From NCBI GenBank assembly GCA_017473335.1, contig JAFULN010000018.1, positions 557 through 64,556 on the forward strand: a stretch of 64,000 nucleotides of DNA. The letters are read 5' to 3'. Both the position numbers and the translations under genes were made by a program. The notes under the pieces were generated by a model that saw nothing but the letters and a program-made list of their open reading frames with translations, did no database searches and was not told where the DNA came from. Positions 1 to 9,098 of the stretch are shown here, piece after piece; position 1 is the stretch's first letter; each line of letters begins with the position of its first letter. This DNA is from Erysipelotrichaceae bacterium. GTDB lineage: Bacteria; Bacillota_I; Bacilli_A; Erysipelotrichales; Erysipelotrichaceae.

Positions 1-32
1 AAATAAAAGACCTGTCGATTTTTCGACAGGTC
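1..32 (-). terminator. Rho-independent terminator downstream of the dipeptidase gene
   Basis: Inverted repeat GACCTGTCG (9-17) / CGACAGGTC (24-32). On the minus strand it is followed by TTTTATTT. Confidence 0.7.
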
Positions 33-39
33 AAACTTT

Positions 40-1398
40 TTACAGTGCCAAAATATTCAAGATTGCCTGAACATAGACTTCAGTCTGTTTCAAAAGCTCA
101 TCAATCTTAATAAATTCATTCGCATCATGCATATGACAGTTTTCAGAATCAGGGAATCCTCCACCAAACGCAATTGTATTTTTAATACCCTTTGCATAAG
201 TGCCTCCGCCCATCGTCATAGGCTGAGTTTCTGTATCCCCTGTCACACTCTGATATGCACTCACAAGAGCTTTGACAAGATCACTATCCAAAGGCAAGAA
301 AAGAGGTTCATGTGTACCATGAATGTTCAGTACAGCCTTGGTTGTATCAAAAGCAGCCTTCATTGGAACAGTAACTGCATCTGCAGTCAATGTTACAGGG
401 AAACGAATATCAATCGTTGCAGTAATCACTCCATCTTTCATGCCAATCACACCAATATTCAGTGTCAATGCACCATAATGATCACTTAAAGCTACATTGC
501 ATCCTTCACCATTTGTCGCTAAACCAATCATCTGATGATATGCAGAAACAAAATCATCTTCGATACCAGCATCATAAAGTGCATCCATCAAATAACTAAT
601 CGCATTGCGTCCATGTTCAGGAGTTGATGCATGTGCAGCAACACCATAAACATGTACTTCATCATAAGTTTCTTTTTCTTCGACTGTAAATTTCAAATCA
701 TTTGAAATCAAAGACGCTTTTAATTGATTGAGATTACATGCATTCTTTGCTAGCTTCGCTTCAACATGTGCACAGACAACATTTGTTGCAGCACCACCTT
801 TAATCCCCAAAATTTTTTCAGAAGCTGCACTAAAAGTTGCACCTACAGTTCCCTTTTCACCAAATGTCCCTGGAAACATTGCATCTGGTGTAAACCCATA
901 GTCAACATCACCTTCTTTTTTGACATAGTACGCAAGACACTTCGAACCTGTTTCTTCATTGCATCCCATAATCAGACGAACACGCTTAGTAAACTCTACA
1001 CCCATGTCCTGAAGAATCTTTAGTGCATAAAGGCTCGCAACAACACCGCCCTTATCATCAGAAGAACCGCGTCCATACAGCTTGCCGTCTTTTTCTGTAA
1101 GCACAAATGGATCTGTGTTCCATCCTTCACCTGCTGGCACAATATCCAGATGTCCAATCACACCTACTACTTCTTCACCTTCACCCAGTTCACCATAGCC
1201 GATATAATTGTCCAGATTCACTGTTTTCATACCATTTGCAGCACAAATTTCAAGAGCTGCATTTAAACAGTCTGCATTTGTTTTTCCAAAAGGATATGCA
1301 GGATCAGAAGTATCCAGTTCTGAATTGTATGAAACCAGTTTAGCCAGAGTTTCAATCATTTCATCTTTGTACGCCAGTACTCTTTCTTTTACATTCAT
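40..1398 (-). CDS. pepV: M20-family dipeptidase (PepV / Sapep-like)
   Basis: Motifs [12 protein letters not shown] and [10 protein letters not shown] are typical of M20 dipeptidases. The ORF-track start at 1407 is a GTG with no spacing to the SD. The ATG at 1398 (MNVKERV) lies 7-8 nt after GGTAGGTG. Confidence 0.85.
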   Translation of the reverse strand: MNVKERVLAYKDEMIETLAKLVSYNSELDTSDPAYPFGKTNADCLNAALEICAANGMKTVNLDNYIGYGELGEGEEVVGVIGHLDIVPAGEGWNTDPFVLTEKDGKLYGRGSSDDKGGVVASLYALKILQDMGVEFTKRVRLIMGCNEETGSKCLAYYVKKEGDVDYGFTPDAMFPGTFGEKGTVGATFSAASEKILGIKGGAATNVVCAHVEAKLAKNACNLNQLKASLISNDLKFTVEEKETYDEVHVYGVAAHASTPEHGRNAISYLMDALYDAGIEDDFVSAYHQMIGLATNGEGCNVALSDHYGALTLNIGVIGMKDGVITATIDIRFPVTLTADAVTVPMKAAFDTTKAVLNIHGTHEPLFLPLDSDLVKALVSAYQSVTGDTETQPMTMGGGTYAKGIKNTIAFGGGFPDSENCHMHDANEFIKIDELLKQTEVYVQAILNILAL

Positions 1399-1426
1399 CT
1401 TTAACACCTACCTATATAGAATTAGT

Positions 1427-2191
1427 CTATTCCTTTTCATCTTTGATTTCAAGCACAACAGGACAATGATCTGAACCTGTTACATCCATTAAAATCTTAG
1501 AATCAAGTACTCTTTTCATCATTCTCTCTGAAGTAATAAAATAATCAATTCTCCATCCAATATTTTTAGCACGTGCATTAAAACGATAACTCCACCAGGA
1601 ATATTCAACCTTGTCTGGATACAATCTTCTAAATGTATCGACAAAACCACTCTTCAACAGTTCTGTCATCTTCGCACGTTCTTCATCTGAAAAACCTGGA
1701 TTGAAATGATTCGACTGTGGGTTCTTCAAGTCAATCTCTTCATGTGCAACATTTAAATCTCCACAGTAAATAACTGGCTTTTTCTCATCCAGCTTCTTTA
1801 AATGCTGTCTAAGTTCATCTTCAAAAAACATACGATAATCCAAACGAGCCAGCTTTTCCTTTGAATTTGGCACATAAGCATTGACGAAATAAAAATCATC
1901 ATATTCAAGTGTCATCACACGACCTTCTTTTGGATGATCACTCTCATTTTCAAAGTCATAGGCAATACTAATCGGTTCCTTTTTCGTAAATACCGCTGTC
2001 GATGAATAGCCCTTTCTTTCACCAGAATGGAAATACTGATGATATCCAGGCATGTCCAATGCTACCTGTCCAGGCTGCAGTTTTGTTTCCTGAAGAGCTA
2101 CAATATCTGCATCCTGTTCATTGAAAAAATCCATAAATCCTTTATTTAATGCGGCACGAAGTCCATTTACATTCCATGATACTAATTTCAT
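1427..2191 (-). CDS. exoA: Exodeoxyribonuclease III (AP endonuclease)
   Basis: N-terminus MKLVSWNVNGLRA, plus QETK and a C-terminal SDHCPV motif. AGGAGA SD upstream. Confidence 0.9.
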   Translation of the reverse strand: MKLVSWNVNGLRAALNKGFMDFFNEQDADIVALQETKLQPGQVALDMPGYHQYFHSGERKGYSSTAVFTKKEPISIAYDFENESDHPKEGRVMTLEYDDFYFVNAYVPNSKEKLARLDYRMFFEDELRQHLKKLDEKKPVIYCGDLNVAHEEIDLKNPQSNHFNPGFSDEERAKMTELLKSGFVDTFRRLYPDKVEYSWWSYRFNARAKNIGWRIDYFITSERMMKRVLDSKILMDVTGSDHCPVVLEIKDEKE

Positions 2192-2264
2192 AATCTATTA
2201 TCTCCTAAGATTATTGTAACAGAACATGACAAACATTTCATTCTTGTTGCTTCACTTTTATGAA

Positions 2265-2295
2265 TATGAAAACCGTCAGGAAGATTCCTGACGGC
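2265..2295 (-). terminator. Rho-independent terminator after the nucleosidase gene
   Basis: CCGTCAGG (2273-2280) / CCTGACGG (2287-2294), followed by a T-run on the minus strand. Confidence 0.7.
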
Positions 2296-2302
2296 CGTTC
2301 TT

Positions 2303-2989
2303 TTAAGCTTCTACACTTTCCAACACTGAAATCAGCACTTCCATGCACAGTTTTGCGGAGCGCTCTACCATTTGGGCAAACTCTTCCATGCCTCCATCAA
2401 CACTGTCAGATACAGACTTGATTAAAAGTGTATCGACTCCATTTCTTGTTGCAGTCAATACAATGCCTGCTGCTTCCATTTCACAGATTTCACAGTTGAA
2501 CTTTTCATGAAGTTCGCGTTTCTTTTCAGCAGGTTCAACAAATTTGTCACCTGATGCACAGGAAACTGCACGAAGTTCAGGATGTGATTTTAAAGCCAGC
2601 TCAACGTATTTTTGAGTCGTTGGCACATGAATATCATCAAACTCCATATAGCGTCCTACAGGCACCTGATCATAGTCTGAAGTATCATAATCATAATGCA
2701 CAACATCCTTTACAACCACTGTTTCAGTAACACCCATTTCTGGAATCAGACCTCCAACTACACCATAGTTGACAATCAATTCTACATCAAATGCAGTAAT
2801 CAAAAGCTGTGCAACTGCAGCAGCACCAATTTCACCAGCACCGCTGCGTACTGCGAATACTTCATGACCTTTCAAGTTTGACTTATAAACTGTATATCCA
2901 TTTTTCTTAATCTCAGTCATTTCTGAACCATATTCATTCAAAAGCTGTTTCATTTCGTCGACAATCGCGACAATCATTCCAATTTTCAT
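2303..2989 (-). CDS. PNP_UDP_1-family nucleosidase (MTA/SAH nucleosidase-like)
   Basis: MKIGMIVA N-terminus and CEMEAAGI motif typical of MtnN/Pfs-type nucleosidases. Confidence 0.7.
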   Translation of the reverse strand: MKIGMIVAIVDEMKQLLNEYGSEMTEIKKNGYTVYKSNLKGHEVFAVRSGAGEIGAAAVAQLLITAFDVELIVNYGVVGGLIPEMGVTETVVVKDVVHYDYDTSDYDQVPVGRYMEFDDIHVPTTQKYVELALKSHPELRAVSCASGDKFVEPAEKKRELHEKFNCEICEMEAAGIVLTATRNGVDTLLIKSVSDSVDGGMEEFAQMVERSAKLCMEVLISVLESVEA

Positions 2990-2990
2990 T

Positions 2991-3554
2991 CTATTTCTCC
3001 TTTTTTGGATTCATTAATATTCTCATTTCAGATTTTTTTATTCCCTGTGATGAAGTTGTATATTCAATCTGTCGATATGGCTGAAACCCTGCCTTTTGCT
3101 GCACTCTTGCAGACTGTCTGTTTTCAACAAAATTACCGCATAGCAGAAAATCATAATTCAGTTCATGAAAACACCAGTCAATCACACGTCGTACAGCTTC
3201 CGCCATTAATCCTCGTCCCCAGTAATCTTTTGAAAGGACATATCCAATTTCTCTTCCTTTCAAATCATTTAATTCTTCACCTGCATGATCTTTTACAGAT
3301 TCAATCCCAACAGAACCAATGACTTTCTGATTTGCTTTCAACACAACCGCAAAGGTCTTTTTATGTTCAATAAACATCCTTAAGATAGCTTCAGATTCAC
3401 TTATCGTTTCATGATGGGACCATCCAGCCATTTCACCAACACCACGAACACTGGCATATTCAAAGAAATCATTCACATCCTCTTTTTTCCATGGTCTGAG
3501 AATAAGATGTTTTGTTTCCAATACTGTTTGACTTACATCTACCTTTGCATCCAT
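2991..3554 (-). CDS. GNAT N-acetyltransferase (RimJ/RimL-like)
   Basis: LRPW..DV..FFEY start and GYVL..DYWGRGLMAEA acetyl-CoA motif. AAGGAGAA SD. Confidence 0.8.
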   Translation of the reverse strand: MDAKVDVSQTVLETKHLILRPWKKEDVNDFFEYASVRGVGEMAGWSHHETISESEAILRMFIEHKKTFAVVLKANQKVIGSVGIESVKDHAGEELNDLKGREIGYVLSKDYWGRGLMAEAVRRVIDWCFHELNYDFLLCGNFVENRQSARVQQKAGFQPYRQIEYTTSSQGIKKSEMRILMNPKKEK

Positions 3555-3564
3555 TATGTTCTCC

Positions 3565-4542
3565 TTACTGATTTAACTCAAAATAAATAGAACCCTTTGT
3601 ATCCTTTACTTCTACAGATGCAACGCACCCATTGACCATCACCATGCGAGGATAGGTATGACCAATGTCTGCATCCATCACTACATCACAATCCAATGCC
3701 ATTTTAAAAGCATCTTCATAACTCATACCCGTTTCACTTGATGGAAATAATACTCTTCCTGCAATGACAAGATCATGTTTTCTAAAAGCACCCATACTTC
3801 TCATTTGAAGCAGTGTACGATACACATTTTCAGCTGTCATTGAATAAATATCAAAGTACCAGATAAGTGTTTCAGAGTTGTATCTTTCAATAAACTCTTT
3901 AGTACCATCATACGGTGTCCCAAACAAATCCTTTAAAGAATCTAAGCATCCCCCTATACATCGACCAGTCACTTTCAAATCACCCGAAAATGACTTCCAG
4001 TGATTTTCAGTTTCATACACAGCAGGACCACTTCTAAAACATGGATCACAATACTCTGTACTTTTCTGTACAACACTTTTTCCAGAAAGAATATCTAACG
4101 GAGCCATCAGCCATTCTGGGATTTCATCTACATCAAATGAACCAGCATTGGCTCCATAAAGTGTTGCCACATCATACTTAGTGGTCAAGATATACAACAA
4201 ACTCGTTGGATCAGAATATCCCATCATCCATTTAGGATGTTTGGCCAATTCTTCGAAATCGACATAAGGAAGCATCTCAATCAAAAAATCACCACCAGCA
4301 GCACAGAAAAGAGCCTTCACTTCAGTATCATTCTGTAACATTAATAATTCTTCAGCACGCTGTTTCCCTGTGCCAGAGCGCATGTCATTCACTTCTACCA
4401 ATGCTCCTAGCTTTGTCTTATATCCATAAGCATTTAATTGTTTCAATGATTTATTAAAATCGTCAAGCTTTCTTCCAACACCCGCACTCGGTGCAAATAC
4501 ACCCAGTGTCTCACCTTTTCTTACAAACGAAGGTATTTTCAT
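3565..4542 (-). CDS. LD-carboxypeptidase (peptidase S66, MccF/LdcA-like)
   Basis: GYSDPTSLL serine-nucleophile motif and C-terminal DADIGHT motif. Confidence 0.8.
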   Translation of the reverse strand: MKIPSFVRKGETLGVFAPSAGVGRKLDDFNKSLKQLNAYGYKTKLGALVEVNDMRSGTGKQRAEELLMLQNDTEVKALFCAAGGDFLIEMLPYVDFEELAKHPKWMMGYSDPTSLLYILTTKYDVATLYGANAGSFDVDEIPEWLMAPLDILSGKSVVQKSTEYCDPCFRSGPAVYETENHWKSFSGDLKVTGRCIGGCLDSLKDLFGTPYDGTKEFIERYNSETLIWYFDIYSMTAENVYRTLLQMRSMGAFRKHDLVIAGRVLFPSSETGMSYEDAFKMALDCDVVMDADIGHTYPRMVMVNGCVASVEVKDTKGSIYFELNQ

Positions 4543-4562
4543 ACATTTACCAAGAAAGCAGC

Positions 4563-5273
4563 TTACTCAGCTGCTTCCAATGCAATTTTCATCATGTTTG
4601 TGAAAGAGTTTTGTCTTTCTTCTGCAGTAGTTTCTTCCTTTGTAACGAAACTGTCAGATACAGTCAAAAGACAAGCAGCCTTCTTACCCAGCTGGTTCGC
4701 ATTGTGGAACAAGGCAAAGCTTTCCATTTCACACACCTTAGCACCATAAACATTAACAATTTCATCAATGTAGTCCAGCGATCCTTCACGGTAAAATACA
4801 TCCGAACTGTGAATACCTGTTTCAACCATCGGAATATTCACTTTCTTAGCAGCTTCACGAATTCTATCATTCAATTCATCTGATGGCAAATTAGTAGGTT
4901 TATCATAACCATTCTGAATTTTCGCATAGCTTGATTCTGAATAAGCATGAGTCCCCAATACAACATCATAAACATGAAGATCTGCTGTGTAGCATCCGCA
5001 AGAACCAATACGAATGATATTTTCAACATCATACTGTGTATAAAGTTCATAAGAATAAATACCAATACTAGGCATTCCCATACCGCTTCCCATTACAGAA
5101 ACTTCTTTGCCATTATATGTACCAGTATAGCCAAACATATTTCTAACTGTATTGAACTGTACTGGATTTTCCAGGAATGTTTCTGCGATAAACTTAGCAC
5201 GCAGCGGATCTCCTGGCATTAAAACTGTTTTTGCGATTTGCCCTTTAACAGCGGCATTATGTGGTGTAGACAT
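4563..5273 (-). CDS. deoD: Purine nucleoside phosphorylase, DeoD type
   Basis: MSTPHNAA..VLMPGDPLRAKFIAETFL..GMGMPS matches the DeoD signature. The ATG at 5273 is preceded by AGGAGG (5281-5286). The 51 upstream codons in the ORF track run into the promoter and the IS end. Confidence 0.9.
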   Translation of the reverse strand: MSTPHNAAVKGQIAKTVLMPGDPLRAKFIAETFLENPVQFNTVRNMFGYTGTYNGKEVSVMGSGMGMPSIGIYSYELYTQYDVENIIRIGSCGCYTADLHVYDVVLGTHAYSESSYAKIQNGYDKPTNLPSDELNDRIREAAKKVNIPMVETGIHSSDVFYREGSLDYIDEIVNVYGAKVCEMESFALFHNANQLGKKAACLLTVSDSFVTKEETTAEERQNSFTNMMKIALEAAE

Positions 5274-5362
5274 GATTGTTCCTCCTAAATATATTTTGAT
5301 TATACCATAGTTTACCACAAGACAAAAGGAAGAACTTCTTAAGACCTGAGTTTTTAAGAGTT

Positions 5363-5407
5363 CGGGGAGGGAATTCTTGGTAACTTGTTTCCGAGATGAA
5401 AACCCCG
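5363..5407 (+). repeat. Left-end subterminal hairpin of the IS
   Basis: Outer stem CGGGG (5363-5367) / CCCCG (5403-5407) encloses the imperfect inner hairpin TCTTGG-TAACTTGTTT-CCGAGA. Confidence 0.65.
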
Positions 5408-5465
5408 TTTTTCGTTTCATTAACATGCGTATAATCCTGGTGATGTGTGCATAAGGGACACCCTA

Positions 5466-5495
5466 TTGACTCCTCTTCAACCGAATGCCTATACT
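5466..5495 (+). promoter_or_regulatory. Sigma-A-type promoter for tnpB
   Basis: TTGACT (5466-5471), 18-nt spacer, TATACT (5490-5495), about 30 nt upstream of the tnpB ATG. Confidence 0.5.
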
Positions 5496-5526
5496 ATTGT
5501 TAGATAGAAAGGCAGTGGATTCAGTG

Positions 5527-6656
5527 ATGTACAAATCAATCAAATACAGACTTTATCCAAACACTGAACAGATGACGATGTTCGCTAAAACGTTTGGATG
5601 CTGTCGTAAAGTCTATAACCTGATGCTTGCGGATAAGATTGAAAGCTATAAAGAGACAGGAAAATTTGTATCTGTAACACCAGCGAAATACAAAGAGGAA
5701 TATCCTTATCTCAAAGAAGTAGACAGCCTGGCACTTGCCAATGTCCAACTGAATCTTCAAACTGCTTTTCGTAATGCTTTCGATAAATCACGTAAAAAGA
5801 AGAATGGTTTTCCAAAGTTCAAATCTTCAAAGCATAGTAGAAAGTCCTATACGACCAATAATCAAAAAGGTACAGTATCTATTCTTGATAATAGAATCAA
5901 ATTACCTAAGATTGGAAAAGTCAAAGCAGAGATTCATAGACAGCCAGAAGAAAACTGGATCATCAAATCTGCAACGATATCATTGGAGAGCGATGGGAAA
6001 TACTATGTATCTGTCTTGTTTCAGTTTGATGAGTTTAAATCAAACTATGTACCTGATATAGAAAATGCGATAGGACTAGATTATGCTTCTGAAGGTCTGT
6101 ATGTGGACGATAAAGGAAACAAAGGTTCAAATCATAAATACTATCGTGAAAGTCATGAGAAACTGGCTAAAGCACAGAGAAAACTATCACGAAAGAAAGG
6201 CTCTAAAAAAACAGAAGAGAAATCATCGAACTATCTAAAACAGCTGAAGAAAGTCAACAAGATCCATTCATATATCGCCAATCAAAGAAAAGACAATCTG
6301 CATAAACTGTCTACTGAGATAGCCAATCAGTATGATGTAGTGTGTGTAGAGAGTTTGAATATGAAATCTATGTCAAATAAAGGATTTGGCAATGGGAAAG
6401 CGACATTGGATAACGGATATGGGATGTTTTTGAACATGCTGGAATACAAACTGGCAGAAAGAAATAAGCATTTTGTAAAAGTTGACAAGTGGTTTCCATC
6501 ATCACAGATATGTCACAACTGTGGCACGTTGCATCCTGAAATGAAAGATTTGGATTACGAATGATGAAATGCGATTGTGGATTAGAGATGAGTCGAGATC
6601 ACAATGCAGCTATCAACATCAAAAAAGAAGGTCTACGCATACTGAAGAGTGCATAA
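5527..6656 (+). pseudogene. tnpB: TnpB RNA-guided nuclease homolog, split by a frameshift (5527-6564 in one frame, 6561-6656 in the -1 frame)
   Basis: MYKSIKYRLYPNTEQ N-terminus, RuvC-I-like AIGLDYA, RuvC-II-like VCVESL and CHNCG zinc-finger half lie in the main frame. The CDCG half and RDHNAAINI (RuvC-III) lie only in the downstream fragment. Confidence 0.85.
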
Positions 6657-6810
6657 ACCTTCGATAAACATATTATGGTAGGGATGGAATAGCCCGAACC
6701 TAACGCTTGTGGACACTGTGTAAGACTTGGCGATATCTTTAGATATCATCAAGCGGTGGTGGGTGAAGCAAGAAGCTCGGTAACTTGTTGCCGAGTAGTT
6801 CACATAGGTA
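6560..6810 (+). ncRNA. Candidate omega-RNA (reRNA) scaffold overlapping the tnpB 3' end and the right end. Extent is approximate.
   Basis: Nested pairings: CGCTTG (6704-6709) with CAAGCG (6750-6755), enclosing hairpin GATATC-TTTA-GATATC (6732-6747). This is followed by the right-end hairpin at 6763-6803. Confidence 0.45.
6763..6803 (+). repeat. Right-end subterminal hairpin of the IS
   Basis: Outer stem GTGAA (6763-6767) / TTCAC (6799-6803) encloses the perfect inner hairpin CTCGG-TAACTTGTTG-CCGAG (6776-6795). Confidence 0.7.
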
Positions 6811-6974
6811 TTAACGCACGATAGAATAAGTTTTGTATCTTAAAGAATTATTATAAACTTTTTAACATATCATTAAAAATGTATATAAATAAGACACTTC
6901 CGTCATTTTGAATATTTCGTAATTACTATATTATGTTATTCTTTTTTTCACTTTAGTCAGGAGGTTCAAAACAA

Positions 6975-8291
6975 ATGATACATTATTCACTTGCTGATTC
7001 TTTTTTTTACTTAATATTCTATTCGTTCATTGGATGGTCCGCTGAAATCGTCTACTCAGCCATCAAACAACACCAATTCATCAACAAAGGGTTTCTTAAT
7101 CTTCCTGTCAAAATAACCTATGGAATCTGTACAGTCATTCTTATCCATACATTTCCAACAATGAATCAAAACTTTTTCCTGCAAATAATATTTGCGTTTA
7201 TTGTTTTCCATGTTCTATGGAGTATTGCTGAAATATTTGTTCAAAGAATATGTGGACTGAAAGAGATAGAAACATCAAATATACCAACCCTCAATCTAAA
7301 GTCTCAGTTTTTATTTGAAATCACTGCATCTCTATGTATTGCAATTGTTATATTAATTATTCATCCTTTTATCCATGGTTTTCTGCGAGCTGTACCGGAT
7401 TTATTGATGAATGTACTGGCAACAGCAACGGCAATACTGGTAGTCGTTGATTTTATGAGCGTAATCTATTCTGTAAAAACCCAAAAACTACGCAAAGAAG
7501 CCATTTATCGAAAAAAAGAAACACAGAATCTAGCCACACATCTTAGTGATTCCATTTGGAAACGTTTAAACAAAGCTTATCCAGGTATTCTAGAAGACTC
7601 TTCAGTACAAAGCTTAACATTTGCAAAAGGCCTATGTTTCGATAAGATTATATGGATATTTTTGGTTTCAGCTTTTCTAGGATCACTTATTGAAATGTGT
7701 TACTGCCGTATTGCAGGAGATGTTTGGATGAATCGTTCCAGTCTTTTGTATGGATCATTTTCGGTCGTTTGGGGTATTGGTGCAGTCGTATTGACAATCA
7801 CTCTAAAGCCTATCGCAAACAAGTCATATCTTATTTTATTTTTAGCTGGTTTTTTTATTGGTGGAGCATATGAATACATCTGCAGTATTTTTACAGAATT
7901 GGTATTTGGAACTGTATTTTGGGACTATAGTCATATGAAACTTAGTATTGGCGGCAGAACGAATGTTATCTATTGTATCTTCTGGGGGATTCTTGCGATT
8001 GTCTGGATGAAAGTTCTCTATCCAATCATGGAAAAGGAAATCGAAAAAATATCCCCTCTTTATGGAAAAATCATTACTTGGGTAATTGTTTTTGTCTTAG
8101 TTTTTGATGGATTATTAACCTGTGGTGCAATGATTCGCTATACAAACCGACAGACTTCACCAGTTCCTGCAAATGCTATCGATAACTTCCTTGATATGAA
8201 TTATGATGACGAATGGATGGAACATCGCTGGCCAAATATGAAAGTAACATATTCTGACAAACATGATCATTTACATCTTTTCACACATTGA
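6975..8291 (+). CDS. Polytopic membrane protein with two tandem copies of a CmpB-like (putative ABC-transporter type IV) domain
   Basis: About 12 hydrophobic segments. The motif FYSFIGWSAEIVYSAI near the N-terminus recurs as FLGSLIEMCYCRI at mid-protein. AGGAGG SD at 6960-6965. The family name is from memory. Confidence 0.55.
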   Translation: MIHYSLADSFFYLIFYSFIGWSAEIVYSAIKQHQFINKGFLNLPVKITYGICTVILIHTFPTMNQNFFLQIIFAFIVFHVLWSIAEIFVQRICGLKEIETSNIPTLNLKSQFLFEITASLCIAIVILIIHPFIHGFLRAVPDLLMNVLATATAILVVVDFMSVIYSVKTQKLRKEAIYRKKETQNLATHLSDSIWKRLNKAYPGILEDSSVQSLTFAKGLCFDKIIWIFLVSAFLGSLIEMCYCRIAGDVWMNRSSLLYGSFSVVWGIGAVVLTITLKPIANKSYLILFLAGFFIGGAYEYICSIFTELVFGTVFWDYSHMKLSIGGRTNVIYCIFWGILAIVWMKVLYPIMEKEIEKISPLYGKIITWVIVFVLVFDGLLTCGAMIRYTNRQTSPVPANAIDNFLDMNYDDEWMEHRWPNMKVTYSDKHDHLHLFTH

Positions 8292-8400
8292 AACAAAATT
8301 TATTCGATAAAATTCTTATTCTATATTCACAGGAGATATTAACTTGCATAAGAAGTCATTCTCCCCTTAATGACTATCATAATTCTATCCCTTTATACAA

Positions 8401-8432
8401 ACGAAGAAGACCTCAAAAGAGGTCTTCTTCGT
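8401..8432. terminator. Strong hairpin between convergent genes (bidirectional terminator)
   Basis: Perfect 14-bp stem ACGAAGAAGACCTC / GAGGTCTTCTTCGT with an AAAA loop. Confidence 0.7.
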
Positions 8433-8450
8433 TGCTATATTCTATCTTTT

Positions 8451-9092
8451 TTACTCTTTCTGTGTTACAGAAACTACATTAAATCCACGTGATTTCAAAA
8501 CAGATTTCATTGCGCCAGGTTCTGCATCGCGTGCACGTATAACAATATCCACAATTCCTGGATAGTGATACACTGCCAAATTTGTAATGGATGCCTTCTG
8601 ATCAAAGAAACACTCTGCAACATCTTTTAAAATTCCTGGCTTGTCTTCTGTTACCTGAATCACATAGCGATAACCCGCTTCATAATACCCCAGCAAATCC
8701 ACAAAAGCATCAAAGATGTCATTGTGAGTGATGATACCCACAACTTCATTGTTTTCTAAAACAACCAGACATCCGACATTGTGCTTGCGCATCAATACTG
8801 CAGCTTCTTCCAAAAGCGCATCAGGACCAATCGTAATTACATTTTTTATCATGATAGAATCCACTTTTGTCTTAGACAAAAGATAATTCAATTCATAAAT
8901 AGAAAGACTGGTCGCTTTGGATGGAGTGTGTTCAGAAATAAGACCTTCTGTAACAAGACCCAAAAGACGCTTGCCTTCTACAACAGGAAGACGATGAAAA
9001 TTGCCTTCCGCCATCATATCCAACGCAGTTGAAATGGATGTATCCTTACTAATGCAGTAAGGATTGGCAGTCATACGATTTTTTACATACAT
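8451..9092 (-). CDS. CBS-pair plus ACT domain protein (AcuB-like)
   Basis: Two CBS-like repeats (HRLPVVEG.., VGCLVVLEN..VGIITHNDI) and a C-terminal ACT-like region. Confidence 0.7.
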   Translation of the reverse strand: MYVKNRMTANPYCISKDTSISTALDMMAEGNFHRLPVVEGKRLLGLVTEGLISEHTPSKATSLSIYELNYLLSKTKVDSIMIKNVITIGPDALLEEAAVLMRKHNVGCLVVLENNEVVGIITHNDIFDAFVDLLGYYEAGYRYVIQVTEDKPGILKDVAECFFDQKASITNLAVYHYPGIVDIVIRARDAEPGAMKSVLKSRGFNVVSVTQKE

Positions 9093-9098
9093 ACTTCC

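Larger units (their letters stand above)
5345..6810 (+). mobile_element. IS200/IS605-family element (IS1341-like, tnpB only, no tnpA). Boundaries are approximate.
   Basis: A tnpB ORF is flanked by two related nested hairpins that share GGTAACTTGTT(T/G)CCGAG (5379-5395 and 6779-6795). No Y1 transposase ORF lies between them. Confidence 0.75.

Noticed and set aside
5274-5426. 51-codon N-terminal extension of the deoD ORF in the six-frame track
   Set aside because: The canonical DeoD N-terminus (MSTPH) starts at 5273, directly after AGGAGG. The extension runs through a TGgTATAAT-type promoter and into the IS left-end hairpin.
6555-6566. Programmed -1 ribosomal frameshift joining the two tnpB frames
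   Set aside because: No X_XXY_YYZ slippery heptamer is present (sequence TACGAATGATGAAAT) and no suitably spaced downstream structure is obvious. A mutational or sequencing indel is the simpler explanation. It remains unproven without reads.
6732-6747. The GATATC-N4-GATATC hairpin also occurs in the rpsF leader (41550-41565), which could hint at a shared repeat family
   Set aside because: Only the 6-bp palindromic arm is shared (it is the EcoRV site) and the flanks are unrelated. This is most likely coincidence.
8288-8482. 64-aa ORF downstream of the membrane-protein gene
   Set aside because: It has no SD, its frame reads straight through the 14-bp-stem terminator (8401-8432), and it overlaps the 3' end of the convergent CBS gene.
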